From contig NZ_CP179200.1 in NCBI RefSeq assembly GCF_051201565.1, positions 1,740,001 through 1,772,000 on the forward strand: DNA of 32,000 nt, written 5' to 3'. Shown here piece after piece: positions 9,917 through 20,329 of the stretch (position 1 is the stretch's first letter; each line of letters starts with the position of its first letter). The notes under the pieces are model-generated. The model was not told the origin of the DNA. It searched no databases and saw nothing but the letters and a program-made list of their open reading frames with translations. Position numbers and translations under genes: made by a program. This DNA is from Pseudothioglobus sp. nBUS_23. GTDB lineage: Bacteria; Pseudomonadota; Gammaproteobacteria; PS1; Pseudothioglobaceae.

Positions 9917-10954
9917 ATGGAATTTTCTTTATTTGCTCACATGGAAAGAATAGACGAAGAGCAGTCACAAAAAAGGTTGTATGATGAATTTGTTGAACTT
10001 TGTCAAATAGCTGACAGGTCAGGCTTTAAAACTATATGGAACGGTGAACACCATGGCATGAACTTTACTATTGCACCAAATCCATTTGTTAATCTCACTG
10101 ATTTAGCCAATAAAACTGATAATGTTAGGCTTGGAACTGGAACAATTATTGCTCCCTTTTGGCATCCAATAAAACTTGCAGAGGAAGCAGCGATGACAGA
10201 TATTATTTCAGGTGGAAGACTTGAGCTTGGAATTGCAAGAGGCGCCTACTCTTTTGAATATGATCGACTAGCGGATGGGATGGATCCTTTTTCAGCCGGC
10301 AACGCATTAAGAGAAATTGTGCCGGCAATTAAAGCCCTATGGAGGGGTGACTATACTGGCGAAGGAGAGCATTGGTCCTTTCCAAAAACAACCAGCTCGC
10401 CTAAGCCTCAGCAATCTCCAAACCCTCCAATATGGATCGCAGCCAGAGACCAAAATTCTCATGACTTTGCAGTGAAAGAAGGTTGTAATGTTCAGGTTAC
10501 GCCTCTATGGCTAGGTGATGAAGAGGTTTCATCTCTAATGGAAAAATTTAATATTGCGTGTGAAAAACATAAAGATATAAAGCGACCTAAAATCATGGTC
10601 TTACGCCATACTTTTGTAGCAGAAACCGAAGAGGAGGTTCAACAAGGCGCTAAGGATATTTCTCGTTTCTATTGTTATTTTGGAGCCTGGTTCAAAAATG
10701 AACGCCCTGTTGAGCAAGGCCTAATGAAAAAGCTTTCAGAAGCAGAAATGGCAAAACTAGAAATGTATTCTCCTGAAAATATGCGTAAAAATAGCATTAT
10801 TGGTTCACCTGATGAAGTTATTAAAAGAATCAAGTTTTGTGAAGATCTCGGCTATGATGAATATAGTTATTGGATTGATAGTAGCATGGATTTTGAAACA
10901 AAAAAGAAATCACTGGAGCTTTTTATAGACAAAGTTATGCCCGCATTTAATTAA
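9917..10954 (+). CDS. Luciferase-like (LLM class) flavin-dependent monooxygenase
   Basis: 345 aa. Bacterial-luciferase-family pattern: N-terminal FSLF, GFKTIWNGEHH, LGTGTIIAP, ISGGRLELGIARG. It follows a flavin reductase directly, which is the layout of a two-component system. The substrate cannot be inferred. Confidence 0.85.
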   Translation: MEFSLFAHMERIDEEQSQKRLYDEFVELCQIADRSGFKTIWNGEHHGMNFTIAPNPFVNLTDLANKTDNVRLGTGTIIAPFWHPIKLAEEAAMTDIISGGRLELGIARGAYSFEYDRLADGMDPFSAGNALREIVPAIKALWRGDYTGEGEHWSFPKTTSSPKPQQSPNPPIWIAARDQNSHDFAVKEGCNVQVTPLWLGDEEVSSLMEKFNIACEKHKDIKRPKIMVLRHTFVAETEEEVQQGAKDISRFYCYFGAWFKNERPVEQGLMKKLSEAEMAKLEMYSPENMRKNSIIGSPDEVIKRIKFCEDLGYDEYSYWIDSSMDFETKKKSLELFIDKVMPAFN

Positions 10955-10962
10955 ATAGGTCA

Positions 10963-12435
10963 ATGATGAAACACTTTAAACACTTCATTAATGGGAAATT
11001 TTCAGAAGGCTCAGAAAAGTTTGAGACCCTAAATCCTGCCAATGGTAAGCCATGGGCAACCTTTCCTGCAGCTTCAGAAGAAGAATCAATCTTTGCTATA
11101 GAGTCAGCTCATAATGCTCTTTATGAGGGGCAGTGGTCAAAACTAAACGCAACTCAAAGAGGTAAGTTGATTCATAGGCTCGGTGATTTAATCGCTAAAA
11201 ATGCCTCAGAACTAGGAGAACTTGAAACACGGGATAGCGGAAAGCTTGCAGTTGAGACAAAAGCTCAATCAAGCTATGTAGCTGACTACTACTATTACTA
11301 TGCTGGATTAGCTGACAAAATTCAAGGCGAGGTTCTCCCAATTGACAAGCCAAATATGCAGGTTTTTACTACCCGTGAACCTATTGGTGTAGTAGTTGCC
11401 ATTGTGCCTTGGAATGCTCAATTATTTCTATCAGCTACTAAAATTGCCCCAGCCTTAGCTGCGGGTAACACTATAGTTGTTAAGGCTTCTGAGCAGGCTC
11501 CTGCTGCATTATTCAAATTCGCTGAATTGGTTCATGAATGTGGCTTTCCGCCAGGTGTTATCAACATCATTACAGGGTTTGCAGATCCATGTGGCAAGAC
11601 TCTAACTACGCATCCTAAAGTTGCGAGAATTGCTTTTACCGGTGGCACAGAAGTTGCAAGACATATTGTAAGAAATAGTGCGGAAAACTTTGCTCATGTC
11701 AGCTTAGAGTTAGGTGGAAAATCACCTATGATTATTTTTGAAGATTGCAACATTGATGGCGCGGTTAACGGAATCATTGCTGGCAACTTTGGAGCCTCTG
11801 GACAAAGCTGTGTTGCTGGCTCAAGAGTCTTTATACAGCGTTCGATTCACTCTAAAGTAGTTGAACTTATTAAGCAGCGTGCAGAGAAGATTGTTGTTGG
11901 TAATCCACTTGATAGTAAAACTCAGGTAGGGCCTTTAGCAACAATTCATCAAGTTGAAAGAGCCTCTAAAGTAATCAATGACTCTGTGAAGCAAGGTGCC
12001 AATTTAGTTTTTGGAGGCAAGCAACCAAGCCAGCTAAAAGAAGGCTGGTATTTTGAGCCCACCCTGTTGGACTGCGCTAATCAAGAGTTTGACTGTGTAA
12101 AAACTGAACTCTTTGCACCTGTTATCAGCGTGATTGCATTCGACACAGAAGAGGAGGCAATAGCTATGGCTAATGATTCCGACTATGGTCTTGGATCTGG
12201 TGTATTTACTGAAAACTTGGCAAGGGCTCATCGGGTTAGTGCAAAAATTCACTCAGGAATTGTTTGGATCAATACTTACAGGGCTATATCTCCGATTTCT
12301 CCTTTTGGTGGAGTAAAACAAAGTGGCGGAAGTCGTGAGGCAGGAATTGATGCAATCCATGAATATACCCGGACTAAGACCACATGGATTAATACCTCTT
12401 CTGAGCCTATGAGCAATCCATTTATAATGAGGTAG
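10963..12435 (+). CDS. NAD(P)+-dependent aldehyde dehydrogenase
   Basis: 490 aa. Catalytic Glu in ELGGKSP, catalytic Cys in GQSCVAGSR, and the FTGGTEVAR cofactor region. Confidence 0.93.
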   Translation: MMKHFKHFINGKFSEGSEKFETLNPANGKPWATFPAASEEESIFAIESAHNALYEGQWSKLNATQRGKLIHRLGDLIAKNASELGELETRDSGKLAVETKAQSSYVADYYYYYAGLADKIQGEVLPIDKPNMQVFTTREPIGVVVAIVPWNAQLFLSATKIAPALAAGNTIVVKASEQAPAALFKFAELVHECGFPPGVINIITGFADPCGKTLTTHPKVARIAFTGGTEVARHIVRNSAENFAHVSLELGGKSPMIIFEDCNIDGAVNGIIAGNFGASGQSCVAGSRVFIQRSIHSKVVELIKQRAEKIVVGNPLDSKTQVGPLATIHQVERASKVINDSVKQGANLVFGGKQPSQLKEGWYFEPTLLDCANQEFDCVKTELFAPVISVIAFDTEEEAIAMANDSDYGLGSGVFTENLARAHRVSAKIHSGIVWINTYRAISPISPFGGVKQSGGSREAGIDAIHEYTRTKTTWINTSSEPMSNPFIMR

Positions 12436-12469
12436 TAATTTCTTAACAAAGGCAAGAATGGAGTAGATT

Positions 12470-12850
12470 ATGGATAAAAAACTATTTGAACTGGGGCTAT
12501 CAAAAAGAAAAGCCACACTTGGAAAAGAGTATGTCGAAAAAAATCTTGATGCCGCCGATGAATTCAATGAAGATTTTCAAAAACAAATGACTGAGTGGTG
12601 CTGGGGTTTTGGCTGGGGAGATGAGACAATTGAAGCCAAAACCAGATCAATGATGAATCTTACCATGCTTGCAGCACTTGGTAAAATGGATGAGTTTGAA
12701 GTTCATTTAAAAGGCGCTCTAACAAATGGTGTGAGCATTAATGAAATAAAGTCAATACTTCATGTGATTGCAATTTATTGTGGAGTTCCTCAAGGAGTTG
12801 AGTGTTTTAAAATTGCCAGAATGGTGTTGGAAGAGGAAGGCGAACTTTAG
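12470..12850 (+). CDS. Carboxymuconolactone decarboxylase (CMD/PcaC) family protein
   Basis: 126 aa, the typical PcaC-like size. Pattern: MTEWCWG...RSMMNLTMLAALG...HVIAIYCGVPQGVECF. There is no CxxC motif, so it is not AhpD-type. Confidence 0.8.
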   Translation: MDKKLFELGLSKRKATLGKEYVEKNLDAADEFNEDFQKQMTEWCWGFGWGDETIEAKTRSMMNLTMLAALGKMDEFEVHLKGALTNGVSINEIKSILHVIAIYCGVPQGVECFKIARMVLEEEGEL

Positions 12851-13743
12851 CTTTGGATACTCCTCAAAGATTTTTTTGAGGATGTTATTGCGACACCCAG
12901 GGAAATAAGGATAACCCCAACCAAAGCACTAAATCCAATAGTTTCATCAAATAAAAACCAAGCCTGAATCGTAACTAGTGGGGCAACTAAATAAAAATAA
13001 CTTCCAACTTTAGCAGCGGCGCCTTGTTTAATCATTGTCATGAGCAAGAAAATTGCTCCGACTGAAAGCGCGAGCACTTGCCAAGCTAAAGTAAATATAA
13101 AAGAACTTGTCCAGTAAACCTCCCCAGTTTCAAAAAAAACAGCAATGAAGGCACACAAAAGCAAGGCGCTAAAATACTGAACCCATGTCCCGCTAATTAA
13201 ATCCATATCATTACAAAATCTTTTCTGATAAACAGCTCCAGCTGAGATCCCAAACAAAGATGCAACTACAGCAATGACTGCCCAAATCGAAAAACCATCA
13301 AAAGCAAGCTCATTGGTCAAATCTATCCTATCAAATAAAACCAGGTATAAACCTATGAGTCCAATTATGAGCCCTGTCCATTGCATCTTTGATACTTGCT
13401 CTTTTAATATAACGCCAGCCATAAGGGCCATACCCAATGGCTGCAACCCAATAATCATAGAACTAAGTCCTGCTGGCATTCCCCACTGGATTGCCTGAAA
13501 AACACCACCCAGATAGACTCCATGGATTAGAGCACCTACTATCATAAGGTGGAAATACCCCGGCTTAGAAGTTGGCCAAGGGCTTTTTTTGAAACGAATG
13601 ATGAAAAACAAAATTAAAAGCGTAAATATTGTGCGATACGTTAGCAAGGTGAAAGGCTCCGCATAGGCCAGGCCGTACTTGGCAGCAATAAACCCTGTAC
13701 TCCAAATCCATACAAAAATCCAGGGAATTAATTTTGAGTTCAT
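12847..13743 (-). CDS. EamA/DMT-superfamily transporter
   Basis: 298 aa with about 10 hydrophobic helices in two repeats, the typical EamA/RhaT organisation. Confidence 0.85.
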   Translation of the reverse strand: MNSKLIPWIFVWIWSTGFIAAKYGLAYAEPFTLLTYRTIFTLLILFFIIRFKKSPWPTSKPGYFHLMIVGALIHGVYLGGVFQAIQWGMPAGLSSMIIGLQPLGMALMAGVILKEQVSKMQWTGLIIGLIGLYLVLFDRIDLTNELAFDGFSIWAVIAVVASLFGISAGAVYQKRFCNDMDLISGTWVQYFSALLLCAFIAVFFETGEVYWTSSFIFTLAWQVLALSVGAIFLLMTMIKQGAAAKVGSYFYLVAPLVTIQAWFLFDETIGFSALVGVILISLGVAITSSKKSLRSIQS

Positions 13744-13906
13744 TTATGTTTGCCCTAAAAGGCTTTGTGGCAGCTTTTCATTCATTAAATATGCAATTTT
13801 AGATAGCAGTTTTCAAGTTGATTTTATAGATAAAACTCGCCCACTATAAAGAAACCCAATATAGCAGATGGTTTGATTAGACTATAATTAAATCTTTTAT
13901 TAATTT

Positions 13907-15754
13907 GTGAAATTAATGATGCGTGTTTGGCTAATTAGCTTTTTGATAATACTGAATGTTTTTTCGCAATCTTCAGCAGAAACAGATTCAATTAACAACC
14001 AGCTAAGCTCACAAAGCTCCCAAGATATTTCGTCCCTAGCCCTAAGCAAAGAAGGACAAAAAATCAACCACCCTTTGCCAGTAGATCAAGCTTTTGATTT
14101 GAGTGCTGTTCTTTTGGACAACAATATATTGATTGTTCGGTGGCTTGTTCAACCTGACTATTATATCTACAAAGATAAAATTTCTTTTTCTTTTGATGAG
14201 GCTTCTGTTGAACAAATTACATTCCCAAATGCAACAATTAAGAATGATGAGTTTTTCGGCGAGGTAAGGGTATATAACACACCACTAGAAATCCAAATTG
14301 AGTTAAATAATGTTACTAGAACCCCTGTGTTTGTTGCCATTGAGCACCAAGGATGCTGGGAAGGGGGAGTTTGTTATCCCCCTCAGTTTGACAGGCTGGA
14401 AGTAAGTTACGAAGGATCAAAAAAAGCTCCTGTACCAGCTACTGAGATGGTCACAGATCTTGAAAGCAAAGTATCTGAAACATTTCAACAGGGTGGCATA
14501 GCTCTACTTATTGCCGCATTTTTAGCTGGACTTGCACTATCCTGGACGCCCTGTGTCTATCCAATGGTACCAATATTATCTGGAATTATTATCGGGCAAA
14601 AAGAAAAGCCTACTAATTTTAATGCTCTCTTAATGTCGATCACTTTTGTCCTCTCGATGTCATTGGCATATGGTTTAATTGGTGCATCTGCAGGCTACTT
14701 TGGAGCAGGCATAAATCTACAAGCAATTATGCAAACTCCATGGGTGCTTTTTGCCTCAAGTTGTCTTTTTATTTTGCTCGCCTTATCAATGTTTGGCCTG
14801 TACGATATTCAACTGCCATCAGGGGTTCAAACTAAACTGACAAGCATTAGTAATTCTCAATCGGGGGGAAGCTTTGTAGGCGTCAGCATAATGGGATTCT
14901 TGTCTGCATTAATTGTTGGACCCTGTGTTACTCCTTTTCTAGCAACTGCATTAAGCTATGTGGTTGCTGGCGGAAGTGCAGCAAAAGGCGGAGCAGGTTT
15001 GTTTGCAATGGGCCTAGGTATGGGGGTTCCACTAATAATAATTTGCGGCTGGGGGGTCAATGCGCTGCCAAAAGCTGGCCCATGGATGGAAAATGTTAAG
15101 AGAATTTTTGGCTTTGCAATGATTGCTGTAGCACTTTATCTTTTAGATAGAATCCTGTACCCAATACTGTCATTAATTTTATGGGCCCTCTTATTTACTA
15201 TTGCTCCTATAATGCTTGGAGCATTTAAAAGCTTAAGCAAACCAGTGAGTTTGCTAAGTTTGGTCTTTAAACTCTTTTCCATTTTAATTCTAATTTATGG
15301 CCTGATGTTATGGCTATTAGTATTTAAAGGAGGAGGCGAAATACAGCAACCTCTAGACACAATAATCTATGGAGACAAGATTGATGAGGACAGTAGTGTT
15401 GAATTCCAATTAGTCGATAATGAAGCCCAACTAAATTCTATTATTTCAAAAAACAGATCAAATGAGAGCCTACTAGTGCTTAAGTTTTATGCTGAGTGGT
15501 GCATATCCTGCAAAAAAATGGAACGAGTTGTCTTTAAAGATGCAGTGGTCAGTGAGTCCCTCGAAGACGCAATGACTTATACTCTTGACGTAACAAAAAA
15601 TACAGAAACTAATCAATCTATATTGTCAAGATTCTCACTTGTAGGCCCTCCTGCAATTTTGTTTTTTAAGGATGGAAAAGAAATAAGATCTCAAAGAATT
15701 ATTGGAGAAGTGAGCGCGAAAGATCTGAAAAATCGATTAAATAATCTGCTCTAA
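13907..15754 (+). CDS. dsbD: Thiol:disulfide interchange protein DsbD
   Basis: 615 aa with all three Cys pairs: the N-terminal domain GCWEGGVCYPP, the TM core WTPCVYPM and VGPCVTPF, and the C-terminal thioredoxin WCISCK. The track start is GTG at 13907. ATG at 13916 or 13919 are alternative starts. Confidence 0.93.
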   Translation: MKLMMRVWLISFLIILNVFSQSSAETDSINNQLSSQSSQDISSLALSKEGQKINHPLPVDQAFDLSAVLLDNNILIVRWLVQPDYYIYKDKISFSFDEASVEQITFPNATIKNDEFFGEVRVYNTPLEIQIELNNVTRTPVFVAIEHQGCWEGGVCYPPQFDRLEVSYEGSKKAPVPATEMVTDLESKVSETFQQGGIALLIAAFLAGLALSWTPCVYPMVPILSGIIIGQKEKPTNFNALLMSITFVLSMSLAYGLIGASAGYFGAGINLQAIMQTPWVLFASSCLFILLALSMFGLYDIQLPSGVQTKLTSISNSQSGGSFVGVSIMGFLSALIVGPCVTPFLATALSYVVAGGSAAKGGAGLFAMGLGMGVPLIIICGWGVNALPKAGPWMENVKRIFGFAMIAVALYLLDRILYPILSLILWALLFTIAPIMLGAFKSLSKPVSLLSLVFKLFSILILIYGLMLWLLVFKGGGEIQQPLDTIIYGDKIDEDSSVEFQLVDNEAQLNSIISKNRSNESLLVLKFYAEWCISCKKMERVVFKDAVVSESLEDAMTYTLDVTKNTETNQSILSRFSLVGPPAILFFKDGKEIRSQRIIGEVSAKDLKNRLNNLL

Positions 15755-15950
15755 ACAAATAACAAATTCCTCTAAATGTTTCTATTTTGAGGCTATATTA
15801 AGCTATTTGATGGTAAAATTCATAACTTTGACGTTACAAATAATAATATTTTCTTAGGCTTAGGCTAAACATTTTTAAGCCAAAACATGAACTTACAAAT
15901 ATTTTAGCTTGTGCTAAATATAAACATTTAAATTTAAAATAGGAGCATCG

Positions 15951-16406
15951 ATGGATATTCGAAAAGTTAAAAAACTAATGGAGCTTCTGGAAGAGTCTGG
16001 AATGGCTGAAATTGAGATTAAAGAAGGTGAAGAATCAGTCAAAATCTCAAGGTATGGCGCTTCACCTGCGCCCTCACTAACGCCAGTACAGTCTTTCGTT
16101 CCTCAACAGCCTGTTTCAACTCCTGCGCCTGTTGCAACTAGTCCTGTAGTGACTGCTGAAAATCAAACAAGCGACCAGTCTATTGTCTCGCCTATGGTTG
16201 GCACATTTTATTCAGCCCCGTCACCTACAGCAAAACCATTTGTCACTATTGGTCAAAAAATAAATCAGGGTGATACAGTAGGAATAATAGAGGCTATGAA
16301 AATAATGAACCAAATAGAGGCTGATCAATCAGGCACGGTAACTGAAATACTTATCAAAGATGGTGAAGCTGTTGAATTTGGGCAACCATTAATAGTCATC
16401 GAATGA
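15951..16406 (+). CDS. accB: Acetyl-CoA carboxylase biotin carboxyl carrier protein
   Basis: 151 aa. Pro/Ala-rich linker and the biotinylation motif [12 protein letters not shown]. Confidence 0.96.
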   Translation: MDIRKVKKLMELLEESGMAEIEIKEGEESVKISRYGASPAPSLTPVQSFVPQQPVSTPAPVATSPVVTAENQTSDQSIVSPMVGTFYSAPSPTAKPFVTIGQKINQGDTVGIIEAMKIMNQIEADQSGTVTEILIKDGEAVEFGQPLIVIE

Positions 16407-17755
16407 GCTCCATAAAAAAAGTCTTAATAGCGAATCGGGGGGAAATTGCGCTGAGAATCCTCAGAGCCTGTAAGGAGCTTGGAATTCAAACGGTTGCAGT
16501 ATATTCAACTGCAGATAAAGACTTAAAGCATGTCAGATTAGCCGATGAGGCCGTATGTATTGGACCCCACCCTTCAATAAAAAGCTATCTTAATATTCCA
16601 GCAATCATTAGTGCTGCTGAAGTAACTCATTCTGACGCAATTCATCCAGGCTACGGGTTTTTATCCGAGAATGCAGACTTTGCAGAACAAGTAGAGCAAA
16701 GTGGTTTTATTTTTATTGGCCCAAAAGCAGAAAATATAAGGGTCATGGGTGATAAAGTAGCTGCCATTGAGGCAATGAAGAGTTCTGGCGTGCCTTGCGT
16801 TCCAGGCTCTGATGGCGCACTAGATGAAAATGAAAAAAGAAGTATTAAACTTGCAAAAGAAATCGGACTTCCAATAATCATCAAAGCCTCTGGCGGCGGT
16901 GGGGGTCGAGGCATGCGCGTGGTTGAGTCTGAAAAAGACCTTATTGATTCAATCAAGCTCACACAGTCAGAAGCTCTAAGTTTTTTTGGAAATGGCGAAG
17001 TTTATATGGAAAAATTTCTTACAACTCCTCGTCATGTTGAAATTCAAGTCCTCGCAGATCAGCATGGAAACGCTATTCATCTCGGTGAAAGAGACTGCTC
17101 TATGCAAAGACGCCATCAAAAAGTCGTTGAAGAAGCTCCTGCTCCAGGCATATCCCCAGAGCTTAGGAATAAAATTGGAAACATCTGCGCCGAAGCTTGT
17201 AAAAAAATTAATTATCGAGGCGCCGGTACGTTCGAGTTTCTTTTTGACAATGATCAGTTCTACTTTATTGAAATGAATACAAGAGTTCAAGTTGAACATC
17301 CAGTAACTGAAATGATTACTGGAGTTGATATTGTTCGCGAACAAATATTAATTGCAGGCGGCGACAAATTGTCTCTTACTCAGGATGACATCGAAATTAA
17401 GGGCCATGCCATTGAGTGCAGAATTAATGCCGAGGATCCTGAAACATTTATGCCTTCTCCAGGAAAGATTACTCAGTACCATGCGGCTGGAGGTCTGGGA
17501 GTTAGGATAGACTCTCATATCTATAATGGCTATAATGTTCCTCCCCATTATGACTCAATGATTGGAAAGGTCATAACTTATGGAGAAACTCGAGAGAACG
17601 CTATTGTTAAAATGCAAAACGCTCTTGATGAAATGGTTATTGATGGAATCAAAACAAATATCCCGCTGCAAAGATTAATTATGGATGATAAAGTCTTTAA
17701 AAAAGGAGGAATGAACATACATTATCTTGAAAAGATGCTTGGAGAAGAAGAATGA
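16403..17755 (+). CDS. accC: Acetyl-CoA carboxylase biotin carboxylase subunit
   Basis: 450 aa. N-terminal [23 protein letters not shown] and an ATP-grasp domain. ATGA overlap with accB. Confidence 0.97.
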   Translation: MSSIKKVLIANRGEIALRILRACKELGIQTVAVYSTADKDLKHVRLADEAVCIGPHPSIKSYLNIPAIISAAEVTHSDAIHPGYGFLSENADFAEQVEQSGFIFIGPKAENIRVMGDKVAAIEAMKSSGVPCVPGSDGALDENEKRSIKLAKEIGLPIIIKASGGGGGRGMRVVESEKDLIDSIKLTQSEALSFFGNGEVYMEKFLTTPRHVEIQVLADQHGNAIHLGERDCSMQRRHQKVVEEAPAPGISPELRNKIGNICAEACKKINYRGAGTFEFLFDNDQFYFIEMNTRVQVEHPVTEMITGVDIVREQILIAGGDKLSLTQDDIEIKGHAIECRINAEDPETFMPSPGKITQYHAAGGLGVRIDSHIYNGYNVPPHYDSMIGKVITYGETRENAIVKMQNALDEMVIDGIKTNIPLQRLIMDDKVFKKGGMNIHYLEKMLGEEE

Positions 17756-18786
17756 AACTTAAGGTTGGAATAATTGGTGGTTCTGGTTATACCGGCATAG
17801 AACTTTTACGTCTGCTGCACCAACACCCAGGCGCCGAGGTCCACGCAATTACCTCCAGAGCTCTTCAAGGCAAGAAGCTCTATGAAGTTTTTCCAAATAT
17901 GCATGGAATGTCGGACTTATCTTATCTTTTGCCTGATGATGAAAAATTATTTGAATGCGATGTCGTTTTTTTTGCTACACCTCACGGTGTTGCAATGAAT
18001 AGTGCTGGTTTATTTTTGGAGAGAAATATTAAAGTTATAGACCTGGGTGCTGACTTCAGAATTACTGATTCAGCTATTTGGTCCGAATGGTACAACATGG
18101 AGCATACTCAAGAGTCTCTATTGAATGAAGCAGTCTACGGACAACCTGAAATAAAAAGAAGTGCAATTAAAGACGCTCGACTAATTGCAAATCCTGGCTG
18201 CTACCCTACAGCTGTAATTCTTGCTTTAAAACCTCTTCTTGAGAACAACCTCATTGATCCTTCCAATATCATTGCAGATTGTAAATCAGGTGCAAGTGGT
18301 GCTGGTCGAAATGCAAATCAAGCCACTCTTCTTTGTGAAATTACTGAAAGCTTTAAACCTTATGGTATTAGCGGACACAGGCATTTTCCTGAAATTAAAC
18401 AAGAGCTTGAATCTATTTCTGGGGGCACTATTGGACTCACATTTACCCCGCATTTAGTTCCAATGAGTCGCGGCATTGAAGCTACAATTTATGCTGACCT
18501 GATTGGCTCTGATACTGATATCTTAACTTGCTACGAAAATGCCTACGAAAACGAAGAATTTGTTAAAATATTACCTGAAGGTGTCTATCCTGAAACCCGC
18601 TCAGTCAAATCTTCGAACTATTGTCAGATTTCAATTCAGTACGTTGAGCACAGCAACAAGCTTGTAATTATGTCTGTGATTGATAACCTGGGCAAGGGTG
18701 CAGCAGGACAGGCAATACAAAATATGAACTTAATGTTTGGACTTGACGAAAAAGAGGGTCTGTTAGAAATTGGACTTTTGCCATAA
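17752..18786 (+). CDS. argC: N-acetyl-gamma-glutamyl-phosphate reductase
   Basis: 344 aa. N-terminal GGSGYTG Rossmann motif and the catalytic Cys in [11 protein letters not shown] overlap with accC. Confidence 0.95.
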   Translation: MKLKVGIIGGSGYTGIELLRLLHQHPGAEVHAITSRALQGKKLYEVFPNMHGMSDLSYLLPDDEKLFECDVVFFATPHGVAMNSAGLFLERNIKVIDLGADFRITDSAIWSEWYNMEHTQESLLNEAVYGQPEIKRSAIKDARLIANPGCYPTAVILALKPLLENNLIDPSNIIADCKSGASGAGRNANQATLLCEITESFKPYGISGHRHFPEIKQELESISGGTIGLTFTPHLVPMSRGIEATIYADLIGSDTDILTCYENAYENEEFVKILPEGVYPETRSVKSSNYCQISIQYVEHSNKLVIMSVIDNLGKGAAGQAIQNMNLMFGLDEKEGLLEIGLLP

Positions 18787-18824
18787 CATTAATTCAAGTA
18801 GTAAAGATCAATTAGAGGTAACCA

Positions 18825-19178
18825 ATGGAAGCAACAGAAATATTAGACGAAGCTGACATAGTTTTTAGTGATAGTGCGGCCAGTAGAGTCGCTCAACTCA
18901 TTAAAGAGGAAAAAAATCCAGAATTAAGGCTGCGAGTATATATTACTGGGGGTGGATGCTCTGGTTTTTCCTATGGTTTCACTTTTGATGAAAATCTTAA
19001 AGAGGGTGACAGTGGTGTTAACAAAAAAGGAGTTCAATTAGTAATTGATCCTATGAGCTATCAGTATCTGATGGGCTCTACAGTTGACTATCTTGAAGAC
19101 CTACAGGGGGCTAGATTTGTTGTAAGCAATCCGAACGCCAAAACCACATGTGGTTGCGGCTCTTCTTTTTCAATTTAG
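18825..19178 (+). CDS. erpA: A-type iron-sulfur cluster insertion protein (ErpA/IscA family)
   Basis: 117 aa. GGGCSGF and the C-terminal CGCGSSF Cys ligands. Confidence 0.9.
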   Translation: MEATEILDEADIVFSDSAASRVAQLIKEEKNPELRLRVYITGGGCSGFSYGFTFDENLKEGDSGVNKKGVQLVIDPMSYQYLMGSTVDYLEDLQGARFVVSNPNAKTTCGCGSSFSI

Positions 19179-19190
19179 CGAGCAAACATT

Positions 19191-20327
19191 ATGACAGAAT
19201 ACATACCAGGACTAGCAGGCGTCCCCGCAACCAAATCTGCAATCTCTTCAATTGACGGTGAAAAAGGAATACTAGCTTATAGAGGCTATTCCATTCAAGA
19301 TCTCGTTGAGCATTCTTCTTTTGAAGAAACAGCCCTTTTGCTAATGAATGGGGAACTCCCTACTCCAAAAGAGCTCACAAACTTTAAAAACATCTTAAAA
19401 AAACGTAACGAAGTCAAGCGTAAAATTCGCCATTTACTCTGGTCACTTCCTTCAACTGGACACTCCATGGATGTCCTTCAAACTGCAATAGCGTCTATGG
19501 CTACTTTCTATCCAGATGCTGGAGCTGCGGAACCAGATTCTTCTTATACACAAAACGCACTTATAAAAATTATCTCTAATATGAGCACCTTGGTTGCAAT
19601 GTGGACTCGTATAAGTAGAGGGTATGATCCAATACCTCCAAGCAAAACAATGTCTTATGCAGAAAACTTTATGTATATGTGCTTTGGAGAGGAGTCTGAC
19701 CCTGAGATTGTTGCGCTTCTAGATGCTTCATTAATCTTACATGCTGAGCACACAATCAATGCGTCCACCTTCTCAACAATGGTAACAGCATCTTCGCTTG
19801 CAAATCCTTTTGCTTCAATTGCTGCTGGTGTTGGAACTCTTGCAGGGCCCTTACATGGAAATGCAAACGAAAATGTGCTCATAATGCTTGATGAAATTGG
19901 CTCTCCAAAAAACGCGCGTAAATGGATCGAAGGCAGGCTCAAAAACAAGCAAGTTATTTGGGGCATGGGTCATCGTGAGTATAAAACTAAGGACCCTAGG
20001 GCGACTATCCTTGAGAAAATGATTAAAACTTACATCAAGAAAAATGGGCTTGCTTTATCTAACCGTTTCGAAACAGCCCTTGAGGTTGAAAGTATCTGTA
20101 ATGAGCTTTTATCTCAAAAGGGGGTTTATCCTAATGTAGACTTTTATTCAGGCATACTTTACTCAGAAATCTTCAACTTTACCAAAGAACACTTCACGTC
20201 TATCTTTGCCATGGCGCGATCAGCAGGCTGGGTTGCTCACTGGCATGAACAAGTAAGTGACAACAGAATATTTAGACCCACTCAAATATACACTGGCGCT
20301 GATTTCAGGGACTACCCCTCTAAGTAA
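19191..20327 (+). CDS. Citrate synthase family protein, short (about 378 aa) type (citrate or 2-methylcitrate synthase)
   Basis: Catalytic motifs are present: GPLHG (here GPLHGNANE), [14 protein letters not shown] and NVDFYSG. The N-terminus [30 protein letters not shown] is typical of the small dimeric type. Confidence 0.85.
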   Translation: MTEYIPGLAGVPATKSAISSIDGEKGILAYRGYSIQDLVEHSSFEETALLLMNGELPTPKELTNFKNILKKRNEVKRKIRHLLWSLPSTGHSMDVLQTAIASMATFYPDAGAAEPDSSYTQNALIKIISNMSTLVAMWTRISRGYDPIPPSKTMSYAENFMYMCFGEESDPEIVALLDASLILHAEHTINASTFSTMVTASSLANPFASIAAGVGTLAGPLHGNANENVLIMLDEIGSPKNARKWIEGRLKNKQVIWGMGHREYKTKDPRATILEKMIKTYIKKNGLALSNRFETALEVESICNELLSQKGVYPNVDFYSGILYSEIFNFTKEHFTSIFAMARSAGWVAHWHEQVSDNRIFRPTQIYTGADFRDYPSK

Positions 20328-20329
20328 TA

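Noticed and set aside
12253-12567. 104-aa minus-strand ORF spanning the ALDH/CMD junction.
   Set aside because: It is antisense to two conserved genes and their ribosome-binding region, and it has no recognisable motif.
15755-15950. Promoter or regulatory structure upstream of accB, including a CTTAGG CTTAGG direct repeat at about 15855-15866.
   Set aside because: I found no -35/-10 pair with acceptable spacing. The 6-bp duplication is too short to interpret.
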